A DNA stretch of 64,000 nt, from IMG/VR virus record IMGVR_UViG_3300030116_007024, positions 1-64,000 of that record, one strand, 5' to 3'. Within the stretch, counting starts at the first letter, position 1. Every line of letters starts with the position of its first letter. Shown here one piece after another: positions 60,253-64,000 of this stretch. Under the pieces are notes generated by a model, which saw only the letters and a program-made list of their open reading frames with translations, did not search any database and was not told where the DNA came from. This DNA comes from a virus. The position numbers were made by a program, and so were the translations under genes.

Positions 60253-60692
60253 AAGAAATTTGGGCAAAGGATCTTTGGAACGAAAAGTACAAAATAGAAG
60301 TGTTCAAAGACGGGCAGTTTCAACCTCAAGAAATTAAACCAATGAGTTGTATGGTGTTTAATAATTTACAACGTCTTGATGAAAATATATTTAAATTATA
60401 TACTCCTTTATTTTTAGGGTACTATAATAATGGTATAAAGGCGGTTAATTCAGGTCATAAAACGTCTGTATTACATTACCGTACTAGAGGAGCATGGTGT
60501 GATATGGATTGTAGACGCAAAGGATACAGCCATGAGATAATGAAAGTACTAGAAGAAGATGCTAAAAAACAACATGCAGAAATGATGTGGACATTTTCAA
60601 AAACATCCAGCATTCCTTTTTATGAAAGTTGTGGCTTTGAAAAAACAGGCCAAGGTAACGACACCAATTGGTATATGTACAAATATGTTTAA
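60222..60692 (+). CDS. GNAT acetyltransferase
   Basis: YRTRGAWC...RRKGYSHEI, SIPFYESCGF. Confidence 0.85.
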   Translation: MVRELSFAEIKEIWAKDLWNEKYKIEVFKDGQFQPQEIKPMSCMVFNNLQRLDENIFKLYTPLFLGYYNNGIKAVNSGHKTSVLHYRTRGAWCDMDCRRKGYSHEIMKVLEEDAKKQHAEMMWTFSKTSSIPFYESCGFEKTGQGNDTNWYMYKYV

Positions 60693-61365
60693 GAAGATTT
60701 CATTAACCACAGGTTTTTATTTAGAAACCTCTGGTACTACTGGCAAGCACAAAAAAATATTTCATACACCTGAACGTTTAAAAGCATCAAACAAAGCAGG
60801 TGTTGATTCTCAACAATTAACTAGCAAATCTAAAGTATTAACTGTATGCTCATTAAAACATGCAGGTGGCACAACTGCACAATCATTACCTGCAATAAGT
60901 GTAGGTGCTGAAGTAGTAGTTAAAAAATTTAATGCATTTACTTTTCATAACGATATTAAAGGATATACACATACACATTTAACTCCAGGTTTTTGTGAAT
61001 TATTAATGCGAAATAAAAACTGGGATAAACTTGATTTAACTGGTGTATGGGTTACATGTGGATCCGATTCAGTTTATCCATCTGTTATACAAGCATTTGT
61101 AAATAAAGGTGCTACGTTTATGTGTAATTGGGGTATGACAGAAGTTGGACCTTGTGCAATTAATAGAGTATTTGAGCCAAATAAAGAAGTAGGGTTATTA
61201 AATTATCCTTACTTAGGCAACAGATATTATTGTGATTATCGTATAGTTAATAATATATTGGAAGTAAAAGGCGATATCGTTTATGTTGACGATTGGTTTA
61301 GTACTGGCGATTTAGTAACACATGACAATGACGGACTCTGGTATCACGGTAGAAGTTCTAAGTAA
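60685..61365 (+). CDS. Minimal adenylate-forming (ANL/AMP-binding) enzyme lacking the C-terminal subdomain
   Basis: ETSGTTGKHK (A3), WGMTEVGP (A5), STGDL (A7), GR (A8), then stop. Start moved to ATG 60685. Confidence 0.82.
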   Translation: MFKKISLTTGFYLETSGTTGKHKKIFHTPERLKASNKAGVDSQQLTSKSKVLTVCSLKHAGGTTAQSLPAISVGAEVVVKKFNAFTFHNDIKGYTHTHLTPGFCELLMRNKNWDKLDLTGVWVTCGSDSVYPSVIQAFVNKGATFMCNWGMTEVGPCAINRVFEPNKEVGLLNYPYLGNRYYCDYRIVNNILEVKGDIVYVDDWFSTGDLVTHDNDGLWYHGRSSK

Positions 61366-61894
61366 ACATAGAAAAGACTTTGTTCAATTAAAAGAATTTT
61401 GTAAAGTTTGTGCTACAAAAGGATACAGAAATAATGTTGATTTTGGAAAATTAAAACTTAACAAAATGGTACCTCCTTATGGACAATATTGGGTTGTTAA
61501 AAGAGATAATAAAATTATTTGTTTAAGTGGTTGCCATAAGTTTCCTGAAATAGACGATACTTCTTACAGAATTTTATTTAGAGCAGTAGGTTTAGAAACA
61601 CGTACTGGATTAAGTAGATATCATTTTAATAGTTTACCATTTTATTGGCATGTAAGACCACAAGTAGAATGGATTAAAAAACAAGGTGGAGAACGTTTCT
61701 TTATAACTACACAAACAGATGAAGGCAGTGATGTATCGGGTAAAATGTTTAGGATGGATAAAGTTATGCATTTACTTGAAAAACAAGGAATACTAAAATT
61801 AGAAACTATTCTAAAAATAGGATACACTAAAGAACATATTTGGGAATTAAATTATGACAAATATTTGTCTAAAAGGTTTAATAAATATGCTTAA
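61322..61894 (+). CDS. GNAT-fold-like hypothetical protein
   Basis: YWVVKRDNKIICLSGCH...YRILFRA...WIKKQGGERFFITT strand/helix pattern. Confidence 0.55.
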   Translation: MTMTDSGITVEVLSKHRKDFVQLKEFCKVCATKGYRNNVDFGKLKLNKMVPPYGQYWVVKRDNKIICLSGCHKFPEIDDTSYRILFRAVGLETRTGLSRYHFNSLPFYWHVRPQVEWIKKQGGERFFITTQTDEGSDVSGKMFRMDKVMHLLEKQGILKLETILKIGYTKEHIWELNYDKYLSKRFNKYA

Positions 61895-61904
61895 TAAATT
61901 GGAG
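61880..61904 (+). promoter_or_regulatory. Late-promoter-like AATAAATA plus GGAG RBS for the 99-aa gene
   Basis: AATAAATA at 61880-61887; GGAG at 61901-61904, 7 nt before ATG 61912. Confidence 0.55.
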
Positions 61905-61911
61905 TATTATA

Positions 61912-62211
61912 ATGGCAGTAACACAAACTGTTACATTAACAAAAGATGGTGCTACGTTTGGTAGTGCTACCGAAGCCGCTAATCTTTTTATATCTGAATG
62001 TGATGCAGATTCACAACTCACTACCAACAAAACATATAACGAAAACGCCATTGAATCAGGAGATATGATTGAATCTATTGCCTTGACATCCTCAAATGAT
62101 GGATTTGTTGTCACCAGAACATGGACAGATGCAAAATATGCCGAAGCACAATCAACAAAATCTCCACTTACGTTGGGTAGTGGTTGGACAAAAACAAACG
62201 TTATATCTTAA
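61912..62211 (+). CDS. Small Ser/Thr-rich protein (99 aa), possibly structural or a modification substrate
   Basis: Clear RBS; about 28 of 99 residues are Ser/Thr; no enzyme motif. Confidence 0.8.
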   Translation: MAVTQTVTLTKDGATFGSATEAANLFISECDADSQLTTNKTYNENAIESGDMIESIALTSSNDGFVVTRTWTDAKYAEAQSTKSPLTLGSGWTKTNVIS

Positions 62212-62212
62212 T

Positions 62213-62818
62213 CTAGTAGTATCCAAACGCCCGGACCTTTTCATTACACCACCAACACTTCTTACATGGCCTTGGCGGATGCATAGTTTCACAACTTACT
62301 GTTAATTTCACTAATTCTTCTAAATTATGTTTTACACAAAGTTTAGCGATATCTTTTTTATTAATTTTTGAAAGAGGACTATAACTTTGTATGTTATTAA
62401 ATATAATATTTTTAAATGGTTGTCCTGGATAATCACGATGTACATCACGTTCTTCCGTTAAAAATTCTGGATCAATAGGATTCAAAGAAAACCCGTTACT
62501 CCATGCATTTAAGTTAAACGTATTAGTAAGAAGTTTTACTTGTTTTTCTTTATTAGCCCTTGCCTCAGTTTTGTTTTTAACATGGGCTATTTCGTGGGCT
62601 ATAATAGAACAATCAGTTTTTTCTTTAACCCAACCAACAACATTTTTGGCATTTAATTCATTATCTTGGCCATCGTTTGCTCTTACTACGGTATATACAA
62701 GAAATTGACTTTTTAAATATTTTGCCATTAGATAAAACAGAATAGCACTATCAATACCACCACTAAGAAATATCCCATATCGAATATTATCAGGCATTAT
62801 TTCTATATTAGTTTCCAC
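62213..62818 (-). CDS. QueC-like N-type ATP pyrophosphatase with C-terminal Zn motif
   Basis: FLSGGIDSA PP-loop, PLSKINKKDI, TVSC...PCKKCWWCNEK. Confidence 0.82.
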   Translation of the reverse strand: METNIEIMPDNIRYGIFLSGGIDSAILFYLMAKYLKSQFLVYTVVRANDGQDNELNAKNVVGWVKEKTDCSIIAHEIAHVKNKTEARANKEKQVKLLTNTFNLNAWSNGFSLNPIDPEFLTEERDVHRDYPGQPFKNIIFNNIQSYSPLSKINKKDIAKLCVKHNLEELVKLTVSCETMHPPRPCKKCWWCNEKVRAFGYY

Positions 62819-63900
62819 AACGATTCTCTACTATTATGCATTGTTTTGTTGATTGCCTCTTTTACTGTTATACCATTATACTCAGTAATACAATGATCAT
62901 TACCATATGCAACCATATTTGAATTATAACTGTTTAATGTTTCTAAAAATGTTTTTACTGATTGAAAACTCTGTTCAGATGTTTTTAAAATGCTTCCTGG
63001 TAATCTTTTGAGAGCACCGTTCCACCAAAACGTAGATACTTTTTTATTTGGATTGTGTTTATTTAAAATGTTTATTAATGACTTATTATCATTAAGGTTA
63101 CAAAAATGATAATAATGATTGCATTGTTTATACTTTTTCCAATGCTCTAGCCAGTTGGTATCAAATGTTTGTTCCATATGTTCTAAACATTGACTTGAGA
63201 TAGACTTAGAAAACATGTTTAATAAAGGAAATTTTTTATGTAAATGCTCAACCCATAAATTAAAATCTTGTCCATCCCAATGTTCTATAGTATATCTTCT
63301 AATACGTAGGCTAGGTTTACTAATATCAATGTGATGTATATTTGCATCGTCCTTAAATCCATTATTGTAAAGAACATAATTAATATAAAATCCACTACTT
63401 ACAGTCATTGCCCATTCTATTTCTTTGTTAAATGATTTAGGAGTTGGTATTTCGTTATGCATAATGTAACATGTATTGCTATTTTTTAATAATAAATCAA
63501 TAGCACTTTCGTGGGTTGCTGAGAATGTATCTTCAGATGACGAATCAATAAACGGCAAGGGCCAGTTTAATGTTAATTCTTCTCTACCTTTTCCTCCGGG
63601 TTTTATTATAGTAACAGTTGGAGTATCTTTAAAGTTAATATACTCTGCATTACTTTTTTTGATAGGTTCATGCATCTGTTCTTCATAAAAAGTGTATGGT
63701 ATAATAGTTCCACTATCAACAATTATTACATATTCATATCTATAGATATTAACTAAATTCGCATCATTTGTTATTATGAATTCAAAGTCAGGTTTATTAA
63801 TTCGATTGCCCATGCAATAGTCAAAATTTAACTGAGTATAATTTAAAGCGATGTTAGAAATCCAATCACTTTTTTTAGTAATAATTACAAATGCTCTCAT
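62803..63900 (-). CDS. Uncharacterised protein, family X
   Basis: YVIIVDSGT, TVSSGF, HHIDISKPSLRIRRYTIEHWDG (compare KKHIIKNWDG in 42110). Confidence 0.7.
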   Translation of the reverse strand: MRAFVIITKKSDWISNIALNYTQLNFDYCMGNRINKPDFEFIITNDANLVNIYRYEYVIIVDSGTIIPYTFYEEQMHEPIKKSNAEYINFKDTPTVTIIKPGGKGREELTLNWPLPFIDSSSEDTFSATHESAIDLLLKNSNTCYIMHNEIPTPKSFNKEIEWAMTVSSGFYINYVLYNNGFKDDANIHHIDISKPSLRIRRYTIEHWDGQDFNLWVEHLHKKFPLLNMFSKSISSQCLEHMEQTFDTNWLEHWKKYKQCNHYYHFCNLNDNKSLINILNKHNPNKKVSTFWWNGALKRLPGSILKTSEQSFQSVKTFLETLNSYNSNMVAYGNDHCITEYNGITVKEAINKTMHNSRESLWKLI

Positions 63901-64000
63901 TTAAAAATTATGATATCCTAATAATACATCATATTTTATATTTGCATAAGGGTCAGGGTTAGTCTCAAACCATCCTTCAATTTGTCTTATATTTCTTACT
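63901..64000 (-). CDS. 3' end of a CDS running off the window
   Basis: Open - frame ...VRNIRQIEGWFETNPDPYANIKYDVLLGYHNF* ends immediately before the ATG at 63900. Confidence 0.6.
   Translation of the reverse strand, partial: VRNIRQIEGWFETNPDPYANIKYDVLLGYHNF

Noticed and set aside
48858-62818. 7-deazaguanine DNA modification (QueC + QueE)
   Set aside because: The radical SAM at 48858 has extra C-terminal cysteines and is not recognisably QueE, and no QueD, FolE or DpdA is in the window.
1080-63688. About 45 short (60-148 aa) ORFs in the track that are antisense or nested in alternative frames
   Set aside because: They lie largely or wholly within long motif-bearing CDSs, show no motifs, and are expected shadow ORFs.
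1-64000. Alternative genetic code (stop-codon reassignment seen in some large phages)
   Set aside because: Code 11 gives near-complete coding density, and TAA, TGA and TAG all end genes at sensible junctions (e.g. TAG at 4502-4504 and 62213-62215).
1-64000. CRISPR array, tRNA, rRNA, IS element, intron or intein
   Set aside because: I saw no regularly spaced repeats, cloverleafs, or transposase/homing-endonuclease motifs, and there is almost no intergenic space. This was a by-eye check only.

Overview
A very AT-rich (roughly 25-30% GC by eye), gene-dense 64 kb block with about 75 tightly overlapping CDSs, mostly on the + strand. I see no tRNA, rRNA, CRISPR, mobile element or housekeeping gene. 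Almost the whole window is a chemical-modification cluster: 14 radical SAM enzymes (10 with an N-terminal Twitch-like Cys domain), about 10 Fe(II)/2-oxoglutarate-type dioxygenases (one KdoO-like), 5 glycosyltransferase-like proteins, up to 6 sulfotransferase/P-loop-like proteins, 3 SGNH and 2 isochorismatase-fold proteins, methyltransferases and GNATs. It also has single carbamoyltransferase, amidinotransferase, PLP enzyme, SDR, nitroreductase, Asn-synthetase-like, QueC-like and truncated adenylate-forming genes, an NDP-sugar cassette and a TctA/TctC transporter. T4-late-like (T)ATAAATA boxes at transcription-unit starts, extreme gene packing and the lack of Wzx/Wzy/ABC export genes suggest a large (jumbo) phage accessory region. 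That origin is an inference, because no capsid or terminase gene is in the window. The main candidate novel system is a phage-encoded, late-expressed radical-SAM/oxygenase/glycosyl 'tailoring factory' with an unknown substrate (virion glycan or protein, host surface, DNA, or a small molecule). All product calls come from motifs read by eye, with no database search.
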